Positions 48,941-61,215 of a DNA stretch of 64,000 nt are shown here, one piece after another. Position 1 is the stretch's first letter, and every line of letters begins with the position of its first letter. The DNA is from Macrostomum lignano (lineage: Eukaryota). The position numbers and the translations under genes were made by a program. The notes under the pieces were generated by a model, which saw only the letters and a program-made list of their open reading frames with translations, made no database searches and was not told the DNA's origin. The stretch lies in the NCBI GenBank assembly GCA_002269645.1, contig NIVC01003679.1:1-64000 (forward strand). The letters are read 5' to 3'.

Positions 48941-49803
48941 CGTCTTAGCATATATCTAAGTAGTTCTTACTTATTGTTCTTACTAGTGGCAGTCTACATA
49001 AACTTGAGTGGTAATAGATATTATTGTTATTAATAATAAAAATATATTTCATTTGCATTGCATGCATGATGCCTATCAGTTCCAGTATTGGGCATTTCCA
49101 AGATTAAAAGGTCACAGCCTTTTGTATTCTTGAATACTTGACCTCAGTTTAAATTTATTTATTCTATTTTCATCTGTGGTCTATCTAAATTCATAGACAG
49201 CATAGATTACATTTAGTGACTGAGTTTAAATCTTAAATCTGGTCTGGGTGGGGGCTCTGGTGTGGTGTCCTGATTTCAGCCACACTTTAAATAAGTAACA
49301 GCCCTTAAGTACAGCATTAAGCCCTAAGCCCTCAGCGAAATCTAGATTCACTCTAGTTAGCTACAAGATTTTATTCTAGTTAGTTACAAGGTTAAATGAT
49401 ATGATAGGCCTAACGGATAAGGACTATTATTATTTTTGCTACTTTAATAACTCGTAGGCCTAGTTAGTTCATGTAAACAGAAGTTTTAAAAACGCGCAAT
49501 TAAATGTGTAAATTATGACTCGTTCGTTTACTACGAATAAGCTGAGAGCATTAGTGAATTTTCTCAAGGCAGGAATTACGCCTTTACACTGATAGTACTG
49601 CATAAGAATTTTGCTATACCTGTTATTCTGCTTTTAATATAATAGCTCGAAAGCAGGTACTATGCCGATGAGAATCAGATTAAGCATGTTCGACGAGCAC
49701 GGTCAATGCAATTACGATTTCCTCTGGCGCGCAATCCTTGTTTTAAATCCCTGCGCTCCAGCTTCGAAACTCCACACTTTAACCGGATATTAAAAGGCCT
49801 GGC

Positions 49804-50176
49804 AGGGGCGCCGTAGCCCAGCGGTCTAGCGCAGGCTCTGGTGTGCCAGCGACCCAGGCTCGATTCCAAGTGCAGTCACATTAATTTGGGGCTGAATTGG
49901 AATCTCGGCTTGGCTCTGCTCGTGCAATTAACGGCCTTGAGAGCCAACCCCCCAAGGCGCAGTGAAGTGTACATGCCTAACGATAAAATAAAGTTAGGGC
50001 CCCTGTACACTCCTGTGTGAGTGTGTGCCTGCATACGTATCCGCGCGCTTGTATGCCTGCTCAGGGGAGTCGGCGGAATGGGCAGTAATGCCTCTCGTCG
50101 GTTGTGTGCCTATGTCGCCTAAAGTGCGCCAGGGTGCACACAACCCCCCTGCCTCTAATCTAATAAAAATAAAAAA
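49804..50176 (+). mobile_element. tRNA-derived SINE (373 bp)
   Basis: A box TAGCCCAGCGG (49814-49824), B box GGCTCGATTCC (49857-49867), A-rich tail, 7-bp TSD GCCTGGC (49797-49803 and 50177-50183). Confidence 0.85.
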
Positions 50177-53100
50177 GCCTGGCCACGCTTAATATCTTAT
50201 GCAGTACATGTTCCAGCACCCTTAATTGACTAATAACTTGCTGGAAACATTTCATGGAGTGTATTTACACTTAAGTTTTATTTTTGTTCCATGGGCATGT
50301 AAATTTACACTTCATACATGTGTATAGTTATGCTGTGGAATACTAAGAATGAGTATTATGTCAAATGGCAAACGGCAAATGATCATTCTTACCCGCGGGC
50401 TCTTTTGGAATCTGAGTATGGTATAATGATATTTTATATAAATTTACATGATATATGTGATGAGGACGCATTTTTTCCGAATCCCGCGCTCGCACATATG
50501 GGCTCTAAACTTACTAGCCTACGAACAGTGAGCAATGGGCATTTTTATCCTTTTTCTGCGAATTGTTTGGTCATGCTAGTATAGTAGTCATAATAACATA
50601 GGCGCAGCTTTTTGGGTCATAAATCATGCTTTGGGTCATAAATTTGGGCAATGGGCATTTTTATCCTTTTTCTGCGAATTGTTTGGTCATACTAGTAGTC
50701 ATAATAACATAGGCGCAGCTTTTTGGGTCATAAATCATCGCTTTCGAAGCTGGTCTGACAGCCACCTGCGCCTCACTCAGTGTTGAGGCGGGCGCCAGAT
50801 GGTCTGAGAGGATGCGGGCGGTAGCTTTTTTCGCATCATTTTAACAGGCCATAAAGATTTATGAGGTCAGAGCCTATTGTTCGTGTTCACTCAAGCGTGT
50901 GACAACTTTGACAGCTATGCGTTTTACCCCCAAAAGTACTTTGGGATTAGCGATTAGTGATTTCTCTTCATTCTCTTCACTTTCTATTTAATAAGAGCTT
51001 TTTAATGTATATTTTTTTATTAATTTTTGTCAATTCTACGCGAAAAGTCATAAATGATTTTGTTGCGATTTTGATTGATTTATGGCCGCACCTGTCATGT
51101 TTTTACGACCCCGAGGGAACTGATAGGATCTCCCGGTCACGTGATTCTGGGTAGCAACAAGCTTAGCCAATCAGAAAATTCGACGCTCATTTTAACAAAT
51201 CGGCTCAGCCAATCAGAATCGACGTGTTCCATTATAACAAACTGCGGTCCAGTTGGCGGCTATTTAAACCAGTGTTTTTGGCCCGCTTGGACCAACTCAA
51301 TCTGAAGTGCGAAGTGATCTAAGGAGAAGGTTAAATCTAACAGTTATTTTTATCGGTTTTATTTCTTTGTTCGCCGATGGCTCAGATGAGTAGCTAAGCT
51401 AGTAGGCGCCGGTCACAGTGGACCAATGGCAAGGCAGTTCTCAGTCGATCAATCTATCAAATCAGTTAGCGAAATTGCCAATAGTGCAGAATCGGCGCCA
51501 GAGATGTACTCTGTGCACTCTAGGTTAGCCAAGCGGCTCGGGTAACGAATCATGCGGTCTCTGATGTTCGAGTTAGTCTATCATCACCGCTATGAGAGGC
51601 TAGTTGGCGCGTTGAAGGCCAAAAGTACAATTCCTCGTATTTAGCAATGTAATAGTACATGTAGCTACCCCATAGTCTCGCCACTGCAGGAATCCCCTGC
51701 ACAAGTCCCCTCTGTACCTGCGTGGCCAATGCGATCTAGTCCCAGCAGTGTCCCTTAACATCGGCTATGACTTCGAGATTGACAGCAAAAAGACACTAGT
51801 TGGCAGGTAAGTGCAAAGCCCCTTCTAGTCGGAAGCCCGATTTCGAGAGCCCCTGTGTGGTGAGCCAGGACGTACGGGCTGGTGGAAGCGAGTTAGCTAA
51901 TCTGCGGATTAACTAATTTCTACCTTCAAAATTCTCCCTGCTCGTCTCTCGCTGTCCCTCTCTTAGCTATAGGACCTAGACTGCTCGCTACTCGATCAAG
52001 CTACCATGGGGCTGACCATCTGACAGGAGTGGGGGGCCAGGTCTCTAATTGATTTATTTCTGAGCCTGAGGCCCGAAGGCTTCCCCACAAGGGGGCCGAA
52101 AGGTCGAAACCCATCATATGCCTTAATTGACATACATGTAATGTGCACGTGATTTTCTCTGCAAAAAATAAACTTAAATTCATATTTTTTGTTATGCATA
52201 TTCTTCAACCTGCAATTTTGCTAACTATATAGGCTCCTGTAAGCTTTCCACTCATTTCCCGTCCAATCCGCAAGAGACCATGATATTGCACTGCTCTGAC
52301 ACACATATTATGTACGAGTACGTAGACATTTAGTCAGTAGGGGTAGCTCACTCTGCGGCTGCAATTTAACTTGGCTAAGGGGCGCGCTGTAATTAAGCAT
52401 GAACTTCAGCACTCATGCACATATCATATGCATGTACAATCCCATCTCTTTAAATTCCTATTTTAATTATGTACGTCTCCCACATCCCAAATGAGATATA
52501 GCTGGAAAGCAAACGTACCACAGTCCCACAGCGGCTGTCATGTGTATAAGCTACAGTATAATCTCAGCTCACTTAGTGTACAATTGCTTAAAAAATCGCT
52601 CGCATTGAATTACCACCAAACAATATAATATAGCATTTTCAAGCCAATTGAGCCTAATAGAAGCAAGCAGTTTAATCCTTAGTGGGAAATCAAGCTATTG
52701 AAGACTTGTTTTTCATTGAATAAATCTTGAACGCTAGCGAGTGCATCAAGATCACGAGTGAGCGTTCATGATTTCCATTCTTGTTTGAGCCATTCCTGCA
52801 CGAAAGTATTAGACTGGATAGACTAGAGTGGGAAGAATGTGACGGGTGTGTGGTGTGTGGGTGTCACTTGTGACCGATAGTTTTGACCATAGACAAATGT
52901 ATGAGCGTAATTAAAGCAGTGCCTGGATGGAATGGATCAGATTTTTACCTGCGACCGAGGCCGCGTGTAGGCTCCGATGGCCTGTGGTACACAAAAAGGC
53001 AATTGGCATCAATACGCTAGGACCTACAGTGTAGGCTAAAGCGCATCTCTGCTAGTGCCGAGCTGTCGCGACCCTACACAGCGCATTGTGTACGGCCTAC

Positions 53101-53854
53101 TGTAGTGACGGTGCTACACGAAGCTGGAATTTCGACAAAGACTATCACGAAGGTGACTGGGCACAAGGTAATCTCCAGATTTACTTGAAGTACATTAGCT
53201 AATTAAAACAACTGGTGTCATATCCTAAATTATCTAATAATCATCCATGTTCCATTATTGATTTGCAGACAAGTATACATTGGTAGAAAGGTACATCAGG
53301 CAAGGAAGAAAGAGAGAGGGCATCATGGCCAAGATGAGCAACCACTTGACAGAGGCTCTCGCCGGGCATACGGCTCGTACGCCACCAATTGAAGGAACTA
53401 GCGGCAACGGGTCGGCCGAAATAGTGGAAATATCCGAGCAGCCTTTTGGCACAGCTTCTGCATTGCGAATTGGCGCACCGTCAAAAAAACTGAAGATTTT
53501 AGCCGACGGTACCAACAACATTGTGCCGTGTGTATTTGACATTTGACGTTCGATATTTGACATTTGACATTGCTTTTTGTATTTTCTATAGTTGTGTCCT
53601 GATCGTTTCTGTACTGTTACTAACTGTTGTCATGGATAATAAAATAAATGCGTAAAATGTGTCAGCGTGCAGGAACGCTCTCTGTTGGACGTTTTAATGA
53701 ATATCGACCATAGACAATATCATTCCTGCACGATTTACATCATTCCCACGCGCTAGCTCAAACAAGAATGTCTATGGCCCGAAAGGGGGTCTATGGAGCA
53801 ACCAATTTGAGAATTTGGGTAAGAAAATAACAGATTTCGTTAGACAAACATGAT

Positions 53855-54121
53855 ATGGCAGACGAAGAATTTAGCGAGCAGAGCAGTGACGAAAGTTTTG
53901 CTACAGCCCAAGATGCAGTGGATGAGCAGAATCCTGCAGGGCGAGAACCCTATCGCAAGATAAGCAACGAAAAGTACGACCTGATTTTCGCTGCCATCGA
54001 GAGTGGTGATAGTGCTGAGCACATTTCGCGATGGCTGCACGTAAAGAGAAAAACAGATACTTCGCTTCATTCCGCGCTGCTTAAAATAGGAAGAAATTCT
54101 CTGAACATTAATCGAGTTTGA
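53855..54121 (+). pseudogene. Possible transposase helix-turn-helix fragment
   Basis: YRKISNEKYDLIFAAIESGDSAEHISRWLHVKRKT resembles a Tc1/IS630-type HTH; no catalytic domain follows. Confidence 0.35.
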
Positions 54122-54615
54122 TTTCAATCTGTCCAACACTGTTCTTTGAGAGCCATGGTTTTGCCTTTGCCTGTTTTGATTGGTTTCTCTGAAATCAGTG
54201 TTAATGTCAATCGTTTTTTGATATGCCATCTATTTGCATGCAGACGTTATTTTGACTGAACTACCCAAGTCCGGACTCGGTATACATTCTCATCCTTTTC
54301 CCAGTGTGGCTATGGAAAACAAAGTCCTCGGATGATTTCTCAAGGCCTCGGCGATATTTGGAAAAAGGAGGAGAAAATATTTAACCTTCTGAAAGCGAAA
54401 GACGCATCAATATCCAGTACAGTTAGTCTGTGGCACAAGCTATGTGACTGACTGGCTAAAGTGCTGAGAACCTAACAGCAGTTCATCAATTTTTTTCGTC
54501 TCCTAAATACATAACAGTAACATTTTACAATGCAAGACGACTTAGATCTAATGTTAAGATATTTTGAAAGTAGAGAATCCGCAGCAACGAATCCTGCTAC
54601 TAGTTGTCACCCGTC

Positions 54616-54850
54616 GGCCGTCTCAGCTTGGACGGTGTTGTTCGTGAATTAACGATTCCCCTAACTGGAGTGACTGAAAGGTAATCAGTCTCTATACAAG
54701 ACTTGCGCAAGTACTCTACACCGTGCTGGCTTCGCTAGAGAGGACATTGCTCGTGTTACACGGCACTCTTCGACAGCTATTGAGCGCTATATTCAGTTTC
54801 ACGTGCAAGACCATGTTAAAGTATCGCATGCTCTTCTGGTGGTCAGTCAT
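54616..54850 (+). pseudogene. Degenerate tyrosine-recombinase C-terminus (Crypton/DUF3504-like)
   Basis: The frame from 54674 reads GNQSLYKTCASTLHRAGFAREDIARVTRHSSTAIERY, matching the spacing of NHSLR.T.A..L...G.....I...TGH.S......Y; broken by a frameshift upstream. Confidence 0.55.
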
Positions 54851-56126
54851 CAAGTCGGTCTAATAATACCGAGCCTGAACTCTCTGTTGAAGCTATGGAA
54901 CAAAGCACGTAGTGAGTGCTAATCCTGCAAAGAAAATGAGGCCTAACATCAACAGTAACACCAAAACAGTTGAAATCACTTTTGAGTGAGTGCTTAAAAG
55001 ACGCTTCCACAGTTTACATATGTTAAATGCAACTGTAGCAGGACTGAGAACTATGTATCCCCCACTTGCCCCGGGCAGTTGTCTATGTTTTTAAGCTTTT
55101 AATTTATTTAAACCAGTACAGTAAATTATTTATTTCACTTTGCATCGATGCAAATTAATTAACTACTTTTAAGTGGTGGATACATTTCATATTATCAACT
55201 CATTTAGTTGTCTAGGGCCAAAAGCACTCGGTATCTCGCTTATTGAGATTGCTTCGCCTCGGCCAATCAACGCAGTCCTCAGTCTTGTATGTGGGCCAGA
55301 TAAATCAGTCCATGGGGGTGATACCTTATACTTAATCCTTATTGGGAGAATCAAGCTATTGAAAGACTTGTTTTCATTGTCTATGGCCTGAAAAGGGGTC
55401 TATGGAGCAACCAATTTGAGAATCTGGGCGCGCAATTAATCCTTTTTACGGTGCTCGTATATCCTTCACGAATAACTTCTGTCTGTAGACCGGTCTAACT
55501 TAGCGTTTCTGCATACCAAATCCAAGTCCAGACTAGCTTTTCAAGACCGGACTACCCTAGACAGAGCTTTCTGTCTTTGCGCAGACTGAGTGTGGCTTTC
55601 AGAAAAATTATGCGTAATTTCAATGAATAATGATAAATTGCATTCCTAAAAGACCACATGCAGTACGTTCGCTAATTTCATTGAATAGATAATGAAGCGG
55701 AATCATGCAGCTAGTAAGTCGGTGTAGTAAATCGAATAAAATATTCGTAATTTCGAGACATTGCTTCAATCAGTTTTATTCACTCAGTTGGTTGGTTCAA
55801 TCGTAGCTGTAAAATGTCAGACATATAGCTAATACATGTACCTGTATACACGCAAAGCAACATGAAGCCTAATTCTCAGTACCAGTAATAGTAATTAAGC
55901 CACGTTTATTAACTCTATAGCCAAAACAAAATTCTTGTAAAGAGCAGTGACGACTTTCAAGTCTATTGACTGGAGTGCACAGCTTTTTATAAACCCATTA
56001 GCAGAGCAGCTTGCGAATTAAAGCGCCGAACAGAGAGACTTGTTGGGAATTACCAGCTAGAAGCGCTTACACAATTAGAAAATGTTTGTGCCCACTCCAG
56101 TGCGTGTGCCCGCACGATCACGAGTT

Positions 56127-57818
56127 CTACTCGTACATGAAGTTCACTGCAATCTTCAGCAAAATCAGCAGCACAATGGCCGATGCGGATGGTAAAATGG
56201 CGCCAGAAGAACTGCTCAGACAATAATTTTCCGACGCATAAGATCCAACGCACAGCGAGTACTTGACAACGTGCGCAATGTACGATTGCTCATGAGTAGC
56301 GTGGAACAGGTGAGATCCGGGACCTCTAGCGTAGATAGGCACATCCTCGGCCCCGTGCGACTCGTAAGCAAGTTTAACCACTGACTGCGGCTGGTAGTCT
56401 GGACTTTCTGTATTGACATTCGTGATGTTTGCTCGCGGACCATCAACAGCAGACGGTCCGTCACCATAGTACAGGGATGTATACGGCTTGTTGTCCTCTG
56501 CCAAGGCTTCTCCTTTGCTGTTGTAATTGTTGTTGTAAGAGTAAGTTACCTTGCCAAACACAGGTTGACCCCTGCGACTCCAGCCTCCGATGGAGAACAC
56601 GTGACTGTGGTCGGCTGTCACAATTGTCAATGTGTCATCCGGTTTCGTCAACTCGCCAGCCGCCTTGATGGCCTTGTCAAACGCCACAAGATCGTACATC
56701 GCTTTTTGCGCCAGATTATCGTGATGGCCGTGATCAATTCGACCTCCTTCGACAAGCAGAGCGAACCCGTTCGGGTTCTGACTCAAAATCTCAATCGCCT
56801 TTCTCGTCATCTCCTCCAGGGTCGGCTCCTTCCCATCCTTTTGGTTGTCCAGGTCGTAGCGAAGATGGCTCATTGCGAACAGTCCAAAGTATGCAGCTTT
56901 GGAATCCGTCGGAGTGTCTTGCAGCTCCTTGCGAGTCTCCATGTAGACCGGACGACGTCCATAGCCTTCCTGTCGCTGCTTCCATTTGTTGATGAGGTTT
57001 ACCGAGTCGCTTCGGCTTCCGCTGACGTTTCTTCCAGAAATGGGATCGATTGTTATTTCGTTCTTTGGTAGAAACTTCAGCCGACCGCCTCCGAATATGA
57101 CGGTATAGTTGATGGCGTACTCAACCAGCTGCTCGGCAATGTCCGGGCACATCGAACGCTCATTCACATTCGGCACGTCGCTGTTCCTTTCCGTGTCGTC
57201 CTCCCAGTCCCTTGAAGCCGTGTGCGAGTACGCAGCTCCCGGAGTCGCGTGAGTGATCCTTGTGGTGGTGACGATGCCGACCGACTTGCCGAGCTGCTGA
57301 GCCTCGTTCAGAAACGACATCACGCTGCGCTCTTTGAGCTGGGAAGTGCAGTTGCGACTAATTACCTGCTCGTTCACTCCCATGGTTCCAGACTTGGCCT
57401 TCACGCCGCACAGGAAGGCGGTGGCCGTCCCGGCGCTGTCCGGAGTCTGCATGTCCGTGTTGTACGTCTTTGAAAGACCAGTGTGCGGGAACCTCTCGAA
57501 CTCCAGTATCTCCTCTTCGCCGCTGTTTCCTGCGAGCTGACCTTTGAGGATGCGTCCCACAGTGATCGAAGGCACTCCCATGCCGTCTCCGAGGAAGAGA
57601 ATGGCGTTCTTCGCTCTGTTCTCCTTGGTCTGTCGCAAGACGTCAGTAGCGGTCTGCAGGTCCTGCTTGGCTATTTTGGCCCAGTGGCTCAGGTCGGAGC
57701 TCTGTGTCGCTGACTGCTTATCAACAGACCTTTTCTGAAATGTTCGGTTCGGAAAACCCTCGTTTAATGAGCATCCAAGCAGAAGAAAAACTATGAGAAG
57801 CTTTAATCCTTTCTCCAT
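56127..57818 (-). CDS. Alkaline phosphatase (animal tissue-nonspecific-like), intronless, predicted GPI anchor, 563 aa
   Basis: Signal peptide; ILFLGDGMG, catalytic DSAGTATA, EGGRIDHGHH, VTADHSH and HGAEDV; SSS omega site plus hydrophobic tail. Confidence 0.97.
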   Translation of the reverse strand: MEKGLKLLIVFLLLGCSLNEGFPNRTFQKRSVDKQSATQSSDLSHWAKIAKQDLQTATDVLRQTKENRAKNAILFLGDGMGVPSITVGRILKGQLAGNSGEEEILEFERFPHTGLSKTYNTDMQTPDSAGTATAFLCGVKAKSGTMGVNEQVISRNCTSQLKERSVMSFLNEAQQLGKSVGIVTTTRITHATPGAAYSHTASRDWEDDTERNSDVPNVNERSMCPDIAEQLVEYAINYTVIFGGGRLKFLPKNEITIDPISGRNVSGSRSDSVNLINKWKQRQEGYGRRPVYMETRKELQDTPTDSKAAYFGLFAMSHLRYDLDNQKDGKEPTLEEMTRKAIEILSQNPNGFALLVEGGRIDHGHHDNLAQKAMYDLVAFDKAIKAAGELTKPDDTLTIVTADHSHVFSIGGWSRRGQPVFGKVTYSYNNNYNSKGEALAEDNKPYTSLYYGDGPSAVDGPRANITNVNTESPDYQPQSVVKLAYESHGAEDVPIYARGPGSHLFHATHEQSYIAHVVKYSLCVGSYASENYCLSSSSGAILPSASAIVLLILLKIAVNFMYE

Positions 57819-60800
57819 TTTGTTGAAATTTTCAAATGATTTTTCTGTGGCTTGGTAGCGTTGGTTTCTCCTAAAGCGTTACTGACAGTGCATTAAATAA
57901 GCACGAGACTGCGGACAGCCAAGGAGATAAACTGCATGGGTTTTGGGTGGTTGTCTGTCTTGCAACCAATGAGATATCGCAATAATTCTGCAAAAGCTTT
58001 ATGTGTGCGACACCGAATACCACTACTGACACTTCAGCGAGTCTATCATTTCATTCACCTAGCTGCTTGGTTTCACTGGTACAAGTGAAGCAGCCAACTC
58101 TCGAGTCCACCTTATAGTGTCTTCAGAGTGTCTTCAGAGTTTCGAAATGAGTGTGAAAAGTCGCTTATAGTAGAAATATTATCAGCTGCATTGTTTCTGC
58201 CGTTCTCTGCACAGATAACCCTGCTCGTGTTTTGCGTTATCGATCTGCACGCGCTGTTAAACTTGAGCATTTTAAATCTTGATGCAAAAACCAAATGCGA
58301 TAACATTAAATGCGTATAACGTTAGATGGTGACGTTTCATAATGCGGACTCTAAGTTGGTAAAATACTAGGGAACCCTGGACATGAAACTCTCAATCAAG
58401 GGTTTATAAACGTGGCAGTTTATCAGTAGAGGGTCTCATTATGCGGTCCACAAAAAATCCACTATTTTAAGGTGTTGCGTTTCTCACTAACTGGTTTATA
58501 TGGTTACATGTAATTGCTTTTGCCGTAAAGCCAAAGGGCAACTAGTCTCACATAATGCCGTATGTAAAAGCCTAAGAATTCATCTTAAAAGCACACGTGA
58601 CTAATCAATTATTGGTTGGGCAATTTAAAAATCTATGACAAAATCATGGGTCCTGGAATTCGAATAACAAGATAAAGAGTTTTTATGAATTCAAGATTTG
58701 CTGGCAGTCCGAACTCAACTGTTGATGGCATCCCAACCCATTCTTTTTGCTTGCTGAGCCACGGAGTTCGAACTCAATAATCTGTAGAGAAGGAAACTGG
58801 ACCTATCCGTTTCGCATGCATTTAACTCTAACACAAACAGCTTGCCTCTGAAAAATACGTGAACGATTATTCAGAATTGATGCCCAGCTCCAATCCAGAT
58901 GTTGCCCGATCTGGAAGTCCTTGACTGACCGGCGTCGCATCTGTGCGCCGTTGATAAGACTGTACGCTTTGCCAAAGCTAAACCAAGCATCCGCCTGGAC
59001 GCGCAGTGCCCGTCTTTCCCTGGGTCTTCAGCCTATGTGTTATCGAATTTGTAGGCTGAATAAATTTATCGTGCACCGCAATGGGTCCGCCTGAATCATA
59101 AACCCGAGGTGACAGGCTGCAGAAAGGCCTATTGGCGTTCGTGACTTGCGGTTCCCGCGAATTTCGGGGGGGGGGACCTCGGCACTGGCAAGCAAAAGCT
59201 GAAATAAATGCAATTTACATTGCAGTGCGCGGCATTTGCTGTTTTTTCAGGCATTCAAGGTTTGGTTTTTAACTGGAAAGCTTTTGGGGTAGCTTAGAGC
59301 CCCGGAATGTTGAAGCGAAATGTCGGAGTTGTTGGCAATTTTCATGACGGCTAAAGCGACTCTTTGCTACTTTGCAGATATTCTACTGTCTGTGTAGATT
59401 GAAATGATAATACGTTAATATTTATTCTGCATGTGCAGCTACATGCGTCAATGCTGTTCTTACCTGCAAAGAAAGACTAGCTTAAGACGCGCACCTGCTA
59501 GGGGTGTAAAGTTGGTAACTTGCGCTGCTTTCATGCCGTCGTGTAGGTCTCCGCTATAGGTAGAGAATTCGTCTGTTATCGAGTTTCTGGGTATGAGTTA
59601 AAGGTATAAAAATTTACTCCATTCGCGTACACATGGAGTAGCAGAGGCGAAATACTGCACTTAAAATTGCTGGCCACTCTACTGAGGCATTTCCGGTTCC
59701 AACAACATCTGTTGATAATCAACGTACTAATTATCGCTTCCAGAACCTCTCTTGTCCCGTGATCGCACGAGCTGGAATTCTAAACCTTAGTTAGCACGAG
59801 CTGGAATATCAAAATGCCAGCATACCAAATGAGGCGAATAACTCCCTGACTTAGCGAATGCCAATTCTTTGGACAGAGTTGATTTAAGGCCAATTATTCT
59901 GAACGCTTGTTGAATTGGTTGCGTAACCGGCCTGGTTTGGTTTTTGTGTAGGGATTTTTTCTCAACCGAAACTGTAGAGGCACTGTTTGTGGTGCAGCAA
60001 CCACCACTTCGCACTGTTTGGCATTTCACCTCACCTTCCTGACTTCAATGCGCTCATAAGTCTAGCATGGGTTTACTTGGAGGTCGATTAACAAGGAATA
60101 AAAAGCCACAGACCAGCATGGGATGAACAAAATGCAGTTAGGAACTTCAATTTTCTGCACTTCTCGAGCCTCAACTCCGATCAGCGCCTTCTTGAGTCTT
60201 TAAGACTAACCAAAAATGTCAGTTAAGTTTGCGTGGACTCTCACGTAGCTCTCAATGACAGCAGCAGAGAAATTCGCCTAAAATTCACGATTGGTTCAAC
60301 CTTTTCAATTCGGCCCCCGGCTTTTGCACTCGGTCTGCCTTGTTGTGTGTGTTTGCAATGCTAATGCTAACTTGTGCCTTGCATCTCTTTTCACAGTTCA
60401 GAACTGCGAAATGGGATTAACAATTGTCCCGAAAATTGTCCCAAATTAAATTGTCCCAATTTAATGTGAAAATTGCGCAGAATGGCAAGGAGCAAAAATA
60501 CGCAAGGTCCTTCAAACATACGCTTGCATTTTATTTATTAAAACAGTTGAAAATAGTGATGAAAAATGTAAAGACTTCACTTAGTTTGTGTCGCAGAACG
60601 ATGCTTAGCGATAGCATGATAAAATCGTCCATTACATGTGTTTATCGAAATAGCATTTAGTAGACATATTAGTCACGCGCGTTTCGCACAAAAGAGCAAA
60701 CGAAGGAGAGAGTTAAAGCATAGCACGGATGGTAAAGTGTACGCAACAACCCCCCAGCACCCCACACAACACAAACTAAGTCACTACAGAAAAGCTACCG

Positions 60801-61215
60801 ACTTTATTTAATTTTACAAGCGTCTCATAAGCAGCTACTGTAAGTAGAAGTTAGGGAGTTTTTTAAGAAAAATTTTGCAAACCATTTTACACTAGCCAGA
60901 CTGCAATACAAAACAATACGAATGAAGGAGCTTTGCAGAGATAACTATTGTTGCGTAGTTTTTCACTACAAAGTTAAATTTTCCTTGAAATGATTTACTC
61001 AAAATTACTTGCAGACCAAATAGGAACACGTAGTTATACTTGAAGGTATGTAAGGGATTTAACGTGTCACTTGAACAATGGTCTCCGACTCAAGAAAATT
61101 TGAAACGCCGCTACCAGATCTAAAAACCAGATAAAGTAGTTACCCAAGTTGAACCTGAAAACTGTAGCAGCTTTCGCCGTGTGACATTAGCTGGAACGGG
61201 TTCTACAGGTAAGAA

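Noticed and set aside
50531-50737. ~95-bp direct duplication
   Set aside because: Simple local tandem duplication with no termini or coding signal.
52060-52125. Hammerhead-like GGCC-GAAA-GGTC-GAAAC hairpin
   Set aside because: The CUGAUGA core is absent (CACAAGG instead) and I could not form stems I and III.
58300-61200. Short ORFs between the phosphatase genes
   Set aside because: No recognisable motifs, termini or splice structure; possibly old repeat debris, not supportable.
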